Assembly (NCBI GenBank): GCA_049663445.1
Contig: JBATDL010000744.1
Coordinates: forward strand, 1 to 32,088
DNA from: Candidatus Competibacter sp.
GTDB taxonomy: Bacteria; Pseudomonadota; Gammaproteobacteria; Competibacterales; Competibacteraceae
Length of the DNA: 32,088 nucleotides
Direction of reading: 5' to 3'
The notes beneath the pieces were generated by a model, which was given only the letters and a program-made list of their open reading frames with translations, was not told the origin of the DNA and did no database searches. How positions within the stretch are numbered: the stretch's first letter is position 1; each line of letters begins with the position of its first letter. Made by a program: the position numbers and the translations under genes. Of this stretch, positions 19,482 to 31,262 are shown piece after piece.

Positions 19482-20774
19482 TCAGGCGGCCAACGCCGTC
19501 GTGCCAGCGATCATGCTGCGCTTGTGCTCGATATAGTAGGCAAATTCGTGGCGGTAGTGTTTGACGAAGCTGCGAACCGGCATGGCTGCGGCATCGCCCA
19601 ATGCGCAGATGGTGCGTCCTTCGATTCGGCTCGCCACGCTGTCCAGCAAGTCCAGATCCTCGGGCCGGCCCTTACCTTCGACGATGCGGGTCACCATCCG
19701 ATATAGCCAGCCGGTACCCTCGCGGCACGGTGTACACTGGCCGCAGGACTCGGAGTAGTAGAATCGGGAAACACGCTGCAGCACCCGCACCATATCCGTA
19801 GTTTCGTCCATCACGATCACCGCGCCCGAACCCAGCATTGAGCCGGCCTTGACCACGGAATCGTAGTCCATGTTGGCCTTCATCATGATTTCGCCCGGCA
19901 CTACCGGCACCGAGGAACCGCCCGGAATCACCGCCTTGAGCTGGCGACCTTTCCAGATCCCGCCAGCCATGGCCAGCAGGTCGGCGAAGGGTGTTCCCAA
20001 GGCGATTTCGAAGTTACCCGGTTTGTCGACATGCCCGGAAACCGAGAAAATCTTGGTGCCCCCGGCATTAGCGGTGCCGAACCCGGCAAACCACTCTCCA
20101 CCGTTGTGGATGATCGACGGCACCGAAGCAAACGATTCGGTGTTGTTGATGGTGGTCGGCTGACCATAGAGGCCATAATTAGCCGGAAACGGCGGTTTAA
20201 AGCGCGGTTGGCCCTTCTTGCCCTCCAGCGATTCCAGCAGGGCTGTCTCCTCACCGCAAATATAGGCGCCGGCGCCCAAGGTCGGATACAGATCGAAATC
20301 GATCCCGGTTCCCTGGATGTTTTTACCTAGCAGTCCAGCGGCGTAGGCTTCTTTGACCGCGCTTTCGAAACGCTGGTAGGGTTCGTCCAGAAACTCGCCA
20401 CGCATATAGTTATAGCCAACCGTGGAACCGGTGGCGAAGCCAGCGATCGCCATACCCTCGACCAGGGCATGTGGATTAAAGCGCAAGATATCGCGGTCCT
20501 TGCAGGTACCCGGCTCGGACTCGTCGGAATTGCAAATCACGTATTTCTGGACGGGCGCGTTACGCGGCATGAAGGTCCACTTCAGGCCGGTCGGGAAGCC
20601 TGCACCGCCGCGACCGCGCAGCCCGGATTTCTTGACCTCATTGATCACTTGGTCAGGTGTCAGTTGTCCGGCAAGGATTTTTTTCCAGGCTTCATAACCA
20701 CCCAAGCCGGTGTAAGTCTCGATCGACCATGGCCGGTCCAGACCGAGCGTCCGGTAACAAACCTCATTGGCCAT
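19482..20774 (-). CDS. nuoF: NADH-quinone oxidoreductase subunit F
   Basis: [26 protein letters not shown] and [12 protein letters not shown] motifs. Confidence 0.97.
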   Translation of the reverse strand: MANEVCYRTLGLDRPWSIETYTGLGGYEAWKKILAGQLTPDQVINEVKKSGLRGRGGAGFPTGLKWTFMPRNAPVQKYVICNSDESEPGTCKDRDILRFNPHALVEGMAIAGFATGSTVGYNYMRGEFLDEPYQRFESAVKEAYAAGLLGKNIQGTGIDFDLYPTLGAGAYICGEETALLESLEGKKGQPRFKPPFPANYGLYGQPTTINNTESFASVPSIIHNGGEWFAGFGTANAGGTKIFSVSGHVDKPGNFEIALGTPFADLLAMAGGIWKGRQLKAVIPGGSSVPVVPGEIMMKANMDYDSVVKAGSMLGSGAVIVMDETTDMVRVLQRVSRFYYSESCGQCTPCREGTGWLYRMVTRIVEGKGRPEDLDLLDSVASRIEGRTICALGDAAAMPVRSFVKHYRHEFAYYIEHKRSMIAGTTALAA

Positions 20775-20780
20775 CGTGGT

Positions 20781-21278
20781 TCACTCCAGGCTATCGAGCA
20801 CCCGATCCACTTGTTCGGGGGTCAGATGTTCGTAGTAGACATGATCGACTTGCATCATCGGCGCCCCGCAGCACGCGGCCAGACATTCTTCTTCCCGCTT
20901 CAGAAAAAACTTGCCGTCCGCCGTACTTTCGCCCAGCCGAATACCCAGTTTCTTCTCGATATGCGCGAGGATGGCGTCGCCTCCACGCAACATACAGGAG
21001 ATATTGGTACAGACTGAAATGTTGTGTCGGCCGACCGGCTTCAATTCGAACATCGAGTAAAAGGTCGCCACCTCGTAAACGGCGATCGGAGGCATCTCCA
21101 GATATTCGGCCACCGCATCCATTAATCCGGTGGTGAGATAGCCGCCGTTCTCATGCTGGACTTCACGCAGGGCAGCCAACACGGCGGATTGCTTCCGATC
21201 GACGGGATAGCGGGCAACCCAATGATCGATTTCCGCGCAGGCATGAGCGGACAGCAAATCACTTTTACGTGCACTCAT
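20781..21278 (-). CDS. nuoE: NADH-quinone oxidoreductase subunit E
   Basis: CTNISCMLRG and ECLAAC 2Fe-2S ligands. Confidence 0.96.
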   Translation of the reverse strand: MSARKSDLLSAHACAEIDHWVARYPVDRKQSAVLAALREVQHENGGYLTTGLMDAVAEYLEMPPIAVYEVATFYSMFELKPVGRHNISVCTNISCMLRGGDAILAHIEKKLGIRLGESTADGKFFLKREEECLAACCGAPMMQVDHVYYEHLTPEQVDRVLDSLE

Positions 21279-22537
21279 CAGCGGTCGACCTCCCCAAAGA
21301 CGATATCCTGCGTGCCGATGACGGCGACCACATCGGCCAGCATGTGGCCACGAGTCATCTCATCCATCGAGGAGATATGCGCAAAACCCGCCGCTCGCAC
21401 CTTGACCCGATAAGGTTTATTGGCGCCATCGGAAATCAGGTAGATCCCATACTCGCCCTTGGGATGTTCGGTAGCCACGTAAACCTCACCCTCCGGCACA
21501 CAATAGCCTTCGGTGAAAAGTTTGAAATGGTGAATCAGGGCTTCCATATCCTCTTTCATCTTTTCCCGTGGCGGCGGCGCGACCTTGTAGTCATCCAGCA
21601 TCACCGGGCCGGGATTTTCCTTCAGCCATTGTACACACTGCTTGACGATGCGGTTGGATTGACGCATCTCCTCGACCCGCACCAGATAGCGATCATAGCA
21701 GTCGCCATTGACGCCAACTGGGATATCAAAATCCATTTGATCGTAGACATCGTAAGGCTGCTTCTTACGCAGGTCCCAAGCGATGCCGGACCCACGCAAC
21801 ATGGGACCGGAAAAACCCAGTTGCAAGGCGCGTTCCGGGGTCACCACACCGATACCGACCGTCCGCTGCTTCCAGATGCGATTGTCGGTCAGCAGGGTTT
21901 CATACTCGTCCACACGACCTGGAAAGCGCTCGGTAAAAGCCTCGATGAAATCCAACAATGAGCCTTGGCGGGTGGCGTTCCGCGCATCCACATCCTTCTT
22001 GCTATGGCACTTGGAATGCTCGTACTCGTACTTGGGTATCGCATTCGGCAGATCGCGATAAACGCCACCAGGCCGAAAATAGGCTGCGTGAAACCGTGCC
22101 CCAGACACCGCTTCGTAGCAATCCAGCAAATCCTCCCGCTCGCGGAAAGCGTAAATAAACATGGTCATGGCGCCGATATCCAGACCATGCGCGCCGATCC
22201 ACAACAGGTGATTGAGGATGCGGGTTATTTCCGCGTACATGACCCGGATGTACTGAGCACGCGGCGGCGGCTGGATCCTCAGCAGTTTTTCTATGGCCAG
22301 CACGTAACCATGCTCGTTACTCATCGCCGACATATAGTCGAGTCGATCCATGTAGCCGATGCTTTGGTTGAACGGTTTACTCTCCGCCAGCTTTTCAGTC
22401 CCGCGATGCAACAGACCGATATGAGGGTCGGCACGCTGCACCACTTCACCATCCATCTCCAGCACCAAGCGCAACACGCCGTGGGCGGCCGGATGCTGCG
22501 GCCCAAAGTTTAGAGTGTAATTGCGAATCTCAGGCAT
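21278..22537 (-). CDS. nuoD: NADH-quinone oxidoreductase subunit D
   Basis: [15 protein letters not shown] through DIVFGEVDR. Start placed at MPEIRNY (22537). Confidence 0.97.
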   Translation of the reverse strand: MPEIRNYTLNFGPQHPAAHGVLRLVLEMDGEVVQRADPHIGLLHRGTEKLAESKPFNQSIGYMDRLDYMSAMSNEHGYVLAIEKLLRIQPPPRAQYIRVMYAEITRILNHLLWIGAHGLDIGAMTMFIYAFREREDLLDCYEAVSGARFHAAYFRPGGVYRDLPNAIPKYEYEHSKCHSKKDVDARNATRQGSLLDFIEAFTERFPGRVDEYETLLTDNRIWKQRTVGIGVVTPERALQLGFSGPMLRGSGIAWDLRKKQPYDVYDQMDFDIPVGVNGDCYDRYLVRVEEMRQSNRIVKQCVQWLKENPGPVMLDDYKVAPPPREKMKEDMEALIHHFKLFTEGYCVPEGEVYVATEHPKGEYGIYLISDGANKPYRVKVRAAGFAHISSMDEMTRGHMLADVVAVIGTQDIVFGEVDR

Positions 22538-22550
22538 CAGCGATTTTCCT

Positions 22551-23264
22551 TCAATGAGACTCGGGCAGATAACGGTTGTCATTACGGATGACGCGGGGCA
22601 CCAACACGCGCGGCTCGATGCTGACCGGTTCGTACACCACGCGGCCACGCTCGGGATCGTAGCGCATTTCGACGTGACCGATCAGTGGGAAATCCTTGCG
22701 GAACGGATGACCGATGAAACCATAATCGGTAAGAATGCGCCGCAGGTCCGGGTGGCCCTCGAACACGATGCCGTACAGATCGAACGCCTCACGCTCATAC
22801 CAGTTGGCCGATGCCCACAGCGCTATCACCGAGGGCACCACCGGCAATTCGTCATCCGCCGCGAAAGCGCGCGCCCGCAACCGCTGGTTGCGAGACACCG
22901 ACAGAAACTGGTAGACGGCGGCAAAGCGACCCTTGCCAGCAAATCGACTGTCGGCGGCAGCGTGCTGGATAGCCGTAGCGGCACGACCGGTCGCCCGTTC
23001 GACCACTCCACGGCTAAAACCTTTGTTGGAGGATTCACCGGTCGCCCATTCCACGGCGCCGTAAGCTTGATAGTCGACACCGCAAATATCCATGACTTGC
23101 TCGAACGCAAAATCCGGTTCGTCGCGTAGCGCGGTAAACACCTCGATCAGTTTTTCCGGCGGAACTTCAATGGTTACTTCCCCACGATCCAACTTGCATT
23201 CCAACAGAATACCGTCAAATCGGGTCTGGAGTTTTTCCACAAGATTTTGGAGGGCGTCGGCCAT
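22551..23264 (-). CDS. nuoC: NADH-quinone oxidoreductase subunit C
   Basis: [37 protein letters not shown] motif. Confidence 0.96.
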   Translation of the reverse strand: MADALQNLVEKLQTRFDGILLECKLDRGEVTIEVPPEKLIEVFTALRDEPDFAFEQVMDICGVDYQAYGAVEWATGESSNKGFSRGVVERATGRAATAIQHAAADSRFAGKGRFAAVYQFLSVSRNQRLRARAFAADDELPVVPSVIALWASANWYEREAFDLYGIVFEGHPDLRRILTDYGFIGHPFRKDFPLIGHVEMRYDPERGRVVYEPVSIEPRVLVPRVIRNDNRYLPESH

Positions 23265-23272
23265 GGGTTATC

Positions 23273-23749
23273 TCAACGGGCTATGGTGTTGGTGCGTCGT
23301 ATTTTGTCGTGTAATTGAAGAATCCCATACAGCAATGCCTCCGCCGTCGGCGGGCAGCCGGGCACGTAAACATCCACCGGAACAATACGATCGCAACCGC
23401 GCACCACGGCATAGGAATAGTGGTAATAGCCGCCACCGTTGGCGCAAGACCCCATGGAGATCACCCAACGCGGCTCGGCCATCTGATCGTAAACCTTGCG
23501 CAAGGCTGGCCCCATTTTGTTGCACAGAGTACCAGCAACGATCATTACGTCGGATTGGCGGGGACTGGGCCGGAACACGATGCCAAACCGATCCAGGTCG
23601 TAGCGAGATGCGCCAGCGTGCATCATCTCCACCGCACAGCAGGCCAAGCCGAAAGTCATCGGCCACATTGAGCCCGTGCGCGCCCAGTTGATCAGCTTGT
23701 CGGCCGTGGTGGTCACCACACCTTTTTCAAGAATGCCTTCTATTCCCAT
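23273..23749 (-). CDS. nuoB: NADH-quinone oxidoreductase subunit B
   Basis: [20 protein letters not shown] and [10 protein letters not shown] motifs. Start MGIEG at 23749 overlaps the end of nuoA. Confidence 0.97.
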   Translation of the reverse strand: MGIEGILEKGVVTTTADKLINWARTGSMWPMTFGLACCAVEMMHAGASRYDLDRFGIVFRPSPRQSDVMIVAGTLCNKMGPALRKVYDQMAEPRWVISMGSCANGGGYYHYSYAVVRGCDRIVPVDVYVPGCPPTAEALLYGILQLHDKIRRTNTIAR

Positions 23750-24096
23750 TCCAAGGCCCCCTTTTTCCACTCATAAATAAAACCGATCACCAGGATGCCG
23801 AGAAAAACCGCCATCGCCGCAAAGCCGAATAAACCAATTTTGTTGAGCACGACTGCCCACGGAAACAGAAACGCGATTTCCAGATCGAAAATAATGAAAA
23901 GGATCGCCACCAGATAGTAGCGAACATCGAATTTCATCCGGCTATCCTCGAACGACTCAAAACCACACTCGTAGGCCGACGATTTCTCGCTGTCGGGGCG
24001 ACGTGGTCCGAGGAAAAAGCCGAGACTAATGGCGATCGTGGCTATTGCAATGGCAATGACGACGAAAATCAGGACTGGAAGGTAATTGGACAACAT
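23740..24096 (-). CDS. nuoA: NADH-quinone oxidoreductase subunit A
   Basis: [20 protein letters not shown] and [11 protein letters not shown] motifs. Confidence 0.97.
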   Translation of the reverse strand: MLSNYLPVLIFVVIAIAIATIAISLGFFLGPRRPDSEKSSAYECGFESFEDSRMKFDVRYYLVAILFIIFDLEIAFLFPWAVVLNKIGLFGFAAMAVFLGILVIGFIYEWKKGALEWE

Positions 24097-24397
24097 CAGG
24101 GTCGCACCTTCGACATGGCGGGCCGGAAGAAAGCGCTGCAGCGGCTAGTTAGGTCTTGGGTCGGAGGCGAAGGATTCCGACAAATTCGGCGGCACGCCAC
24201 CGGAATATTTCGCGGACGCACTGCAAGAAGAAGTTGAGGCGTGTTGCTTGTTGTAATTAAAACGCCGCATGAATCTATAGAACCTCATGGTAGTGGCTGC
24301 ACTCCATTCCCTGGCGTAAGCCTGTAAATAACTCAAGGTGTCCGATAAATACCGAAAGCATCCCGGCTGCGGTCCTGAGATACTTTAGTCCTATATT

Positions 24398-24482
24398 TGG
24401 TACCGATGGCCGGACTCGAACCGGCACGGCTTGCGCCACTACCCCCTCAAGATAGCGTGTCTACCAGTTTCACCACATCGGC
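24398..24482 (-). tRNA. tRNA-Leu (anticodon GAG)
   Basis: GCCGATG acceptor stem, anticodon arm CTATC-TTGAGGG-GGTAG, long variable arm, GGTTCGAGTCC, encoded CCA. Lies in the conserved secG-tRNA-Leu-nuoA order. Confidence 0.96.
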
Positions 24483-24508
24483 ACGAACAAGCCACAGGCC
24501 CAGTCTCA

Positions 24509-24850
24509 CTATTTTCGCGGCAACTGAGGCACATCTGCGGGACCGCTGCCCACACCGGGCTGTGGAGTGTTGGCTTCCTCAACCTGCAACCGCTCGACAA
24601 CGCTCGAGGGCGCGTTGGTCTGCGTAGCAAAATAGGCCAACGTCAGGCTGGTCAGAAAGAACACGGTCGCCAACACGGATGTTGTGCGGCTCAGGAAGGA
24701 CGCAGAGCCGCGCGCTCCAAACATCGTCGCGGACGAACCACTGCCGAATGCCGCGCCTGCATCGGCGCCTTTGCCCTGTTGCAGCAGCACCAGCGCAACC
24801 AAGGCGACGGCGACGATGACATGCGCGACGAGAACCAGAGTATGAACCAT
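24509..24850 (-). CDS. secG: Preprotein translocase subunit SecG
   Basis: VLLQQGKGADAGAAFGSGSSATMFG motif. Confidence 0.96.
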   Translation of the reverse strand: MVHTLVLVAHVIVAVALVALVLLQQGKGADAGAAFGSGSSATMFGARGSASFLSRTTSVLATVFFLTSLTLAYFATQTNAPSSVVERLQVEEANTPQPGVGSGPADVPQLPRK

Positions 24851-24859
24851 GGCAGCAGT

Positions 24860-25612
24860 TTAACAGCCTGCCCTGGCAATCGCTAGAAACTCCTTGGCTT
24901 CGAGCGCAGCGCCTCCGATCAAACCTCCATCGATATCCGGCATGGCTAGCAGCTCCGCAGCATTGACTGCCTTCATGCTACCGCCGTACAGAATGCGAAC
25001 CTGGCTCGCCAGCGCCGGATCCAGTTTCGCCAGTTTGGCACGAATGAAGGCGTGCACCTCCTGGGCCTGCCCAGCAGTGGCGGTCCGACCGGTACCGATC
25101 GCCCAAACCGGCTCGTAAGCAATCACCGCGTCGGCAAAGCTAGCGATACCTTCCAAATCCAGCACCGCCTTGATTTGCCGTTCGACCACCGCTTCGGTCA
25201 CCCCCTGCTCGCGCTCCTGCAGGGTCTCTCCGACGCAGAGGATGGGCTTGAGTCCAAGCTTGCGGGCGGCGGCGAACTTGCGGGCGACGACCTCGTCGGT
25301 TTCCCCGTACAGGGTACGCCGCTCCGAGTGACCAACGATGACGTAGCCACAATGGAAATCCTGCAACATCGAACCCGCCACCTCTCCGGTGTGCGCCCCT
25401 GATGCGTGCTCGGACAGATTTTGCGCGCCCCAGCCGACCGAGGCGCCAGACAATTGTTGCTCGACCAGCCCCAAGTATACGAACGACGGAAACACCGCCA
25501 GTTCGACGGCCGCAACTTCGGCGGCACCCTCGCGAATGCCTTGCAGCAACTCGCGAATACTGTTGGCCGAGCCATTCATTTTCCAGTTTCCAGCCACGAA
25601 CCTACGGCGCAT
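24860..25612 (-). CDS. tpiA: Triosephosphate isomerase
   Basis: [24 protein letters not shown] and LYGGSMK motifs. Confidence 0.98.
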   Translation of the reverse strand: MRRRFVAGNWKMNGSANSIRELLQGIREGAAEVAAVELAVFPSFVYLGLVEQQLSGASVGWGAQNLSEHASGAHTGEVAGSMLQDFHCGYVIVGHSERRTLYGETDEVVARKFAAARKLGLKPILCVGETLQEREQGVTEAVVERQIKAVLDLEGIASFADAVIAYEPVWAIGTGRTATAGQAQEVHAFIRAKLAKLDPALASQVRILYGGSMKAVNAAELLAMPDIDGGLIGGAALEAKEFLAIARAGC

Positions 25613-25645
25613 ATCACTATCTCTCCCACTTTGAAAAACCGGGGA

Positions 25646-25674
25646 AGCTTACGTTTTCCGTCCTCGGAAATCAA
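25646..25674 (-). promoter_or_regulatory. Sigma70 promoter for tpiA-secG
   Basis: Minus strand TTGATT-17 nt-TAAGCT, immediately after the glmM stop. Confidence 0.5.
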
Positions 25675-27012
25675 TCACGCCGATAGCGCATCCCGCACTA
25701 TGCTGGCCAATTCGCGGGCGTGGCGTTCGACGATTCCGGCATCCATGCCCTCGACCATCACTCGAACCACCGGCTCGGTTCCAGAGGACCGCAACAGCAC
25801 TCGACCATTGTCTCCGAGCTGATTCTCGACGGCTCGAACTGCGTCCTGGATCGGCGCCCGCTGCAAATCCACACGCCCGGCAACCGACACGTTGATCAGC
25901 GTTTGGGGGCACTTGCTCATACCGGTCTTAAGATCGTGCAGGCTCTTACCGGAACGCAGCATTGCAGATAGAACTTGCAGCGCGGAGATGATGCCGTCGC
26001 CGGTCGTGGTTCGATCCAGGCAGATAATGTGACCAGAACTTTCGCCCCCCAAGATCAGATTCTCGGCCAACAGGCATTCCATCACATAGCGGTCTCCAAC
26101 CCGGGCACGGCGCAGCTCAAGCCCTAGCGCTCGCAGCGCCACCTCAAGGCCCAAGTTGCTCATCAGGGTTCCGACCACGGCATTGAACCGGGCACCGATG
26201 CGCAAACGGTCGCGGGCAATGATGAACAACAGTTCGTCGCCATCCAGAATCTCACCGCGATGATCCACCATGATCACACGGTCGCCATCTCCATCAAAGG
26301 CGATGCCGAGATCGGCTCTCTGCTCCTTAACCGTCGCGCATAACGCCGCCGGGTTGGTGGAACCGCAATCCAGATTGATATTCAGGCCGTCGGGAGTAAC
26401 GCCCAAGGGAATCACGGTCGCGCCCATTTCCTCAAAGACGCTCGGGGCAATATGATAAGTTGCGCCGTGTGCGCAATCTACCACGATCTTGATACCCACC
26501 AGACTGGTATAGGCGGGAATCGTGCTCTTGCAGAACTCAATGTAGCGACCGGCGGCATCGATGATGCGCTCGGCCTTGCCTAGAGCGTCGGGTTCGACGG
26601 TTTCCAGTGGTTGCGCCAGCAACTCCTCGATGCGCTCCTCGGCTGCATCAGGCAACTTTTGCCCGTCGCGGGAGAAAAATTTGATGCCGTTGTCGTAGTA
26701 AGGATTGTGCGAGGCGCTGACCACGATGCCCGCGCAGGCGTGCAAAGTACGCGTCAGGTAGGCGATGCCGGGCGTGGGCATCGGCCCCAGCAGAGCGATA
26801 TTGACCCCGGCCGCCGACAGCCCTGCCTCCAAAGCTGACTCAAACATGTATCCGGAAATGCGGGTGTCCTTGCCGACCACCACTTTGTTGAAACCCTGGG
26901 TCTGGAGCACTCGCCCGACTGCCCAGCCCAGCTTCAACACGAATTCCGCCGTAATCGGATGTTCGCCGACCCTCCCCCGAATGCCGTCCGTACCGAAGTA
27001 GCGTTTCTCCAT
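25675..27012 (-). CDS. glmM: Phosphoglucosamine mutase
   Basis: [21 protein letters not shown] and R.SGTEP motifs. ATG 27012 follows a GAGG RBS. Confidence 0.97.
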   Translation of the reverse strand: MEKRYFGTDGIRGRVGEHPITAEFVLKLGWAVGRVLQTQGFNKVVVGKDTRISGYMFESALEAGLSAAGVNIALLGPMPTPGIAYLTRTLHACAGIVVSASHNPYYDNGIKFFSRDGQKLPDAAEERIEELLAQPLETVEPDALGKAERIIDAAGRYIEFCKSTIPAYTSLVGIKIVVDCAHGATYHIAPSVFEEMGATVIPLGVTPDGLNINLDCGSTNPAALCATVKEQRADLGIAFDGDGDRVIMVDHRGEILDGDELLFIIARDRLRIGARFNAVVGTLMSNLGLEVALRALGLELRRARVGDRYVMECLLAENLILGGESSGHIICLDRTTTGDGIISALQVLSAMLRSGKSLHDLKTGMSKCPQTLINVSVAGRVDLQRAPIQDAVRAVENQLGDNGRVLLRSSGTEPVVRVMVEGMDAGIVERHARELASIVRDALSA

Positions 27013-27104
27013 TCGATATTCCTCTAACTTCAGAAAAATTAAACTATTGTAGCGGTTAGTACGGGCAAAACGCACTTCTCTGGGCGGTTGGCGAAAACCG
27101 CTCC

Positions 27105-27935
27105 CTAGCCAGCCGCTAGCACGGCGCTGCAGATGCGCAAGGCTTGGACGGTCTCCCGGACATCATGAGCACGAACAACGCACACACCCTGCCAAACGGC
27201 GATCGTCGCCGCAGCCAGACTGCCAGCCAGCCGTTCACCCGCAGGCACATCCAGTAACGCGCCGATCATGCTTTTGCGCGAAATGCCAACCAACACGCCG
27301 GCCGCCAGGTCGGTAAACCGCTCAAGATGGCGGAGCAGGTTCAGGTTGTGCTCCAAGGTCTTACCAAAACCGAAGCCGGGATCGACCAAAATCCGCTCGC
27401 GAGCGATGCCGACCGCCTCGCAGGCGCAAACCCGCGCCGTCAAAAAATTGCGGACCTCGGTGACCACATCCGCGTAAATCGGCTCTTGTTGCATGGTGGT
27501 TGGATCGCCCCGCAGGTGCATCAAGCAGACCGGCAGACCACTGGCCGCCGCTGCCATCAGCGCCCCAGGTATTTGCAGCGCCCGCACGTCGTTGATCAGG
27601 CCGGCGCCGGCTCGCGCCGCCTCGCGCATGACTTCGGGCTTGCTGGTGTCTACCGAAATCGGTACGGACAGCTCGCGCGCCAGCCGTTCTACCACCGGCA
27701 ACACCCGGTCCAATTCTGCCTGTACCGATACCGACGCCGCGCCCGGCCGGGTGGACTCGCCACCAACATCCACCAGTGCTGCACCTTCCTCCACCATCAT
27801 TTCAGCGCGGCACAACGCCGCATCCAATTGCAGATATTGCCCACCGTCGGAAAACGAATCGGGGGTAACATTGAGCACCCCCATCACGACAGGCTGGCTC
27901 AGATCAAGCACTTTTCCCGCGCAATTCATGAGCAT
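27105..27935 (-). CDS. folP: Dihydropteroate synthase
   Basis: [35 protein letters not shown] and RAHDV motifs. Start at 27935 (or 27929) after GGGAG. Confidence 0.96.
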   Translation of the reverse strand: MLMNCAGKVLDLSQPVVMGVLNVTPDSFSDGGQYLQLDAALCRAEMMVEEGAALVDVGGESTRPGAASVSVQAELDRVLPVVERLARELSVPISVDTSKPEVMREAARAGAGLINDVRALQIPGALMAAAASGLPVCLMHLRGDPTTMQQEPIYADVVTEVRNFLTARVCACEAVGIARERILVDPGFGFGKTLEHNLNLLRHLERFTDLAAGVLVGISRKSMIGALLDVPAGERLAGSLAAATIAVWQGVCVVRAHDVRETVQALRICSAVLAAG

Positions 27936-27952
27936 GACTGACACACTCCCAT

Positions 27953-27989
27953 AAAAAACCCCTCTTCCGCCGACGGAAGAGGGGTTTTT
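27953..27989. terminator. Intrinsic terminator downstream of ftsH (bidirectional form)
   Basis: AAAAAACCCCTCTTCCG-CCGA-CGGAAGAGGGGTTTTT: a perfect stem with A/T tracts on both sides. Confidence 0.85.
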
Positions 27990-27998
27990 CTGCAAGGA

Positions 27999-28023
27999 GC
28001 CCTTCTCCCAGCGGGAGAAGGGC
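27999..28023. repeat. Palindromic CCCT(T)CTCCC/GGGAG(A)AGGG-type intergenic element
   Basis: GCCCTTCTCCC-AGC-GGGAGAAGGGC perfect 11-bp inverted repeat. Confidence 0.55.
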
Positions 28024-28041
28024 AAAGGGCAAGCGGAGAAC

Positions 28042-29967
28042 TCAATGCTGTTGGGCAGGTCCGCCAATCGGCTTTTCACTCCGCCGATCCTTGTCCAGAC
28101 TCACCGGTGAACCGGTGGTGGGCGGTTCCGAATCGGTGTTGGAAGCCGCCGGCTCGCGCGGCGACCGGCCAGCCATGATGTCGTCGATCTGCTCGGAGTC
28201 GATGGTCTCGTACTTGATCAATGCCTCGGCCATGGCGTGCAACTTGTCGAGATTGTCGCGTAACAACTGTTCAGCGCGCCGGTAATTGCAGTCGATGATC
28301 GAGCGGATTTCCTCGTCGATGACGTGGGCGGTTTCGTCGGACACGTTCTTGTGCCGGGTCACTGACCGTCCCAAAAACACTTCGCCATCGTCCTCGCTGT
28401 AGGTCAGTGGCCCCAACCGGTCGGACAGACCCCACTTGGTCACCATATTGCGGGCAATGTCGGTGGAACGCTCGATGTCGTTCTGCGCGCCAGTGGTGAC
28501 GAAGTCCGCCCCGAAAATAATTGACTCGGCGATCCGCCCGCCGAACAGGCTGGAGATCTGGCTTTCCAGTCGCTGCTTGCTGAAGCTGTAGCGGTCGCCC
28601 TCCGGCAGAAACATGGTCACGCCCAGCGCCCGTCCACGCGGGATGATGCTGACCTTGTATACCGGGTCGTGCGCCGGTACCAGTCGCCCGACGATGGCAT
28701 GGCCGGCCTCGTGATAGGCCGTGAGCTTCTTCTCCTCCTCGCTCATCACCATCGACTTGCGCTCGGCGCCCATCATAATCTTGTCCTTGGCCTTCTCAAA
28801 ATCATCCATGTCCACATCACGCTTGTTGGAGCGAGCGGCGAACAGAGCCGCCTCATTAACCAGATTGGCCAAATCCGCCCCGGAAAAACCGGGGGTGCCA
28901 CGGGCGATGACCACCGGCTTGACATTGTCGGACAGCGGCACCTTGCGCATATGGACCTTGAGAATCTGCTCGCGACCGCGCACGTCAGGCAATGGCACCA
29001 CCACCTGCCGGTCAAAACGGCCGGGGCGCAGCAGTGCGGGGTCGAGGACATCGGGACGGTTGGTGGCAGCGATGACGATGATGCCTTCGTTACCCTCAAA
29101 GCCGTCCATTTCCACCAACAATTGGTTCAGGGTTTGCTCGCGCTCGTCGTGGCCACCGCCGAGACCGGCGCCGCGATGTCGGCCCACGGCGTCGATTTCG
29201 TCGATGAAGATAATGCAGGGCGCATGCTTCTTGGCCTGTTCGAACATATCGCGCACCCGGGACGCGCCGACGCCAACGAACATTTCCACGAAGTCCGAGC
29301 CGGAGATGGAGAAAAATGGCACTTTGGCCTCGCCGGCGATGGCCTTGGCCAGCAGCGTCTTGCCGGTACCGGGCGAACCGACCATCAGCACTCCACGCGG
29401 AATCTTGCCGCCGAGTTTCTGGAATTTGCCGGGATCGCGCAGGAATTCCACCAGCTCAGCGACTTCTTCCTTGGCCTCGTCCACGCCAGCGACATCCGAG
29501 AATGTGATCTTGATCTGATCCTCGCTCATCATCCGGGCACGCGACTTGCCGAACGACATCGCGCCCCGACCGGCGCCGCCGCCCTGCATCTGTCGCAGGA
29601 AGAAGACCCAGATCCCGATCAATAACAGCATCGGGAACCAGGAGATGAAGATCTGCATCAGCAGACCCTGCTTCTCCGGCGGTTGACCCTCAATATCGAC
29701 ACCGTGCTTGAGCAACTCGCCGATCATGGCACTGTTATCGGTTTCTGGACTGTACGTGGTGAAGCGCTCGCCACCGCCGGCCCGACCCTGAATGGCGCGC
29801 CCATCGATCATCACCTGCGCGATTCGCCCTTCCTTGGCTTCCTGCAGGAACTGCGAGTAGGACATTTGGGCGGATGGCGCCACCTTCGGGCCAAAGCTGT
29901 TAAAGACGGACATCAGCACTACCGCAATAACCACCCACAAAAGGATGTTTTTTACCATGTCGTTCAA
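28042..29967 (-). CDS. ftsH: ATP-dependent zinc metalloprotease FtsH
   Basis: Walker [18 protein letters not shown] region [20 protein letters not shown] and HEAGH. TTG start at 29967, 8 nt after GAGG (ATG 29958 is an alternative). Confidence 0.98.
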   Translation of the reverse strand: MNDMVKNILLWVVIAVVLMSVFNSFGPKVAPSAQMSYSQFLQEAKEGRIAQVMIDGRAIQGRAGGGERFTTYSPETDNSAMIGELLKHGVDIEGQPPEKQGLLMQIFISWFPMLLLIGIWVFFLRQMQGGGAGRGAMSFGKSRARMMSEDQIKITFSDVAGVDEAKEEVAELVEFLRDPGKFQKLGGKIPRGVLMVGSPGTGKTLLAKAIAGEAKVPFFSISGSDFVEMFVGVGASRVRDMFEQAKKHAPCIIFIDEIDAVGRHRGAGLGGGHDEREQTLNQLLVEMDGFEGNEGIIVIAATNRPDVLDPALLRPGRFDRQVVVPLPDVRGREQILKVHMRKVPLSDNVKPVVIARGTPGFSGADLANLVNEAALFAARSNKRDVDMDDFEKAKDKIMMGAERKSMVMSEEEKKLTAYHEAGHAIVGRLVPAHDPVYKVSIIPRGRALGVTMFLPEGDRYSFSKQRLESQISSLFGGRIAESIIFGADFVTTGAQNDIERSTDIARNMVTKWGLSDRLGPLTYSEDDGEVFLGRSVTRHKNVSDETAHVIDEEIRSIIDCNYRRAEQLLRDNLDKLHAMAEALIKYETIDSEQIDDIMAGRSPREPAASNTDSEPPTTGSPVSLDKDRRSEKPIGGPAQQH

Positions 29968-30072
29968 GGTGCGCACCTCAACACTGCAAAAGCATGTGAT
30001 CTGATACCGGAATGAGGGACCGCCCAGCACCCGGACTTAACAGGTTCAAAAATCCAAAGTTTTTAGACTAGC

Positions 30073-30693
30073 TCACCTGCGATAGTTCCTGGCCAACACG
30101 TACTGTTCGGCACTGCGGGCGCGTGACGCCTTGGGCTTGCGGGGCAAAACCACAGTGAACGCGGCACGCAGCTCCCTGAGAAACGGATCGACGCCCTCGC
30201 CCTGAAATATCTTGACCAGAAAATCCCCACCGGGCCGCAAACATTGTCGGGCAAAATCCAGCGCCAGTTCGGCCAAGTACATGCCACGCGGCTGATCCAC
30301 CCCCTTGATACCCGTGGTATTGGGGGCCATATCGGATATTACAAGGTCCACGGGTCGGCTGTTCAGCACATTCAGCAATCTTTCCAGCACCGCCGTCTCG
30401 CGAAAATCACCCTGAATGAATTCCACGCCGGCCAGCGGTTCGGCCGGCAGCACATCCAACGCGATCACCACGCCCTGTGGACCAACCATCTGCGCTGCTA
30501 GTTGCGACCAGCCTCCGGGTGCCGCACCCAGATCCACCACCGTAACACCAGGCCGTAACAATCGGTCTTTTTCCTGTATTTCCAGCAGCTTGTAGACCGA
30601 TCTGGAGCGATATCCCTCCTTCTGGGCACGGCGCACATATTCATCGCTGAAGTGTTCCCGCAACCAGCGGGTACTACTTTTACTACGGGCCAT
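30073..30693 (-). CDS. rlmE: 23S rRNA U2552 2'-O-methyltransferase
   Basis: [24 protein letters not shown] and [10 protein letters not shown] motifs. Confidence 0.97.
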   Translation of the reverse strand: MARSKSSTRWLREHFSDEYVRRAQKEGYRSRSVYKLLEIQEKDRLLRPGVTVVDLGAAPGGWSQLAAQMVGPQGVVIALDVLPAEPLAGVEFIQGDFRETAVLERLLNVLNSRPVDLVISDMAPNTTGIKGVDQPRGMYLAELALDFARQCLRPGGDFLVKIFQGEGVDPFLRELRAAFTVVLPRKPKASRARSAEQYVLARNYRR

Positions 30694-30952
30694 CCGGATG
30701 CTGTTTCCGCTTGCGGTTGAATTGGGCCATGACCCAACGGACTCGAATGACGATCCAGACCATGCCCAGCAACCCGTAGCTCAGCAATAGCAGCAATTGC
30801 AACGACAGACTCTCAAGCGCCCGCCCCTGCACCAGCAGCAACAACACACCGACCGCCAGGATAATCCCCAGGTCCAGCTTAACTTCATTCAAAGGGCTCG
30901 GGGCTACCGTCAGACCCTTGCCGCCGGTTACACTGTTGGAATCTTTCGCCAT
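30683..30952 (-). CDS. Small hypothetical membrane protein with two predicted TM helices
   Basis: Two hydrophobic stretches and a basic C-terminal tail. The stop overlaps the rlmE start by 11 nt. Start uncertain. Confidence 0.6.
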   Translation of the reverse strand: MAKDSNSVTGGKGLTVAPSPLNEVKLDLGIILAVGVLLLLVQGRALESLSLQLLLLLSYGLLGMVWIVIRVRWVMAQFNRKRKQHPDGP

Positions 30953-30965
30953 ATCCGATTATCCC

Positions 30966-31262
30966 GTGCCCGCCCTGACCAACCCCCAAAAGCGTCATCT
31001 CAAAGCCTTGGCCCATCACCGCAAGCCGGTCGTAATCATCGGCGACAGCGGCATCACGCCGGCGGTCACCCATGAAATCCTGCTGGCTCTCGACCATCAC
31101 GAACTGATCAAAATTCGAGTCAACGCCGAAGATCGAGAGACGCGGGAAGCGATGATCGCGGAGATTTGCGCGACGACCGACGCGACGCTGGTCCAGCGAA
31201 TTGGCCACATCGCCACACTGTTCCGCCGTAATCATGAAACGCCGCGCATCGAACTGCCGTGA
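30966..31262 (+). CDS. yhbY: Ribosome assembly RNA-binding protein (CRM domain)
   Basis: LT..QKRHLKALAHH.KPVVIIG, HELIKIRV and VQRIGH motifs. GTG start at 30966, divergent from rlmE as is usual. Confidence 0.93.
   Translation: MPALTNPQKRHLKALAHHRKPVVIIGDSGITPAVTHEILLALDHHELIKIRVNAEDRETREAMIAEICATTDATLVQRIGHIATLFRRNHETPRIELP

Noticed and set aside
22920..23070. Insertion in NuoC ([16 protein letters not shown]...)
   Set aside because: A similar loop is common in unfused gammaproteobacterial NuoC proteins.
24145..24336. 63-aa ORF in the nuo leader
   Set aside because: TTG start, no clear RBS and no recognisable motif.
29968..30072. Possible sigma32 promoter before ftsH
   Set aside because: TTGAAC is present but there is no CCCCAT-like -10 at the right spacing.
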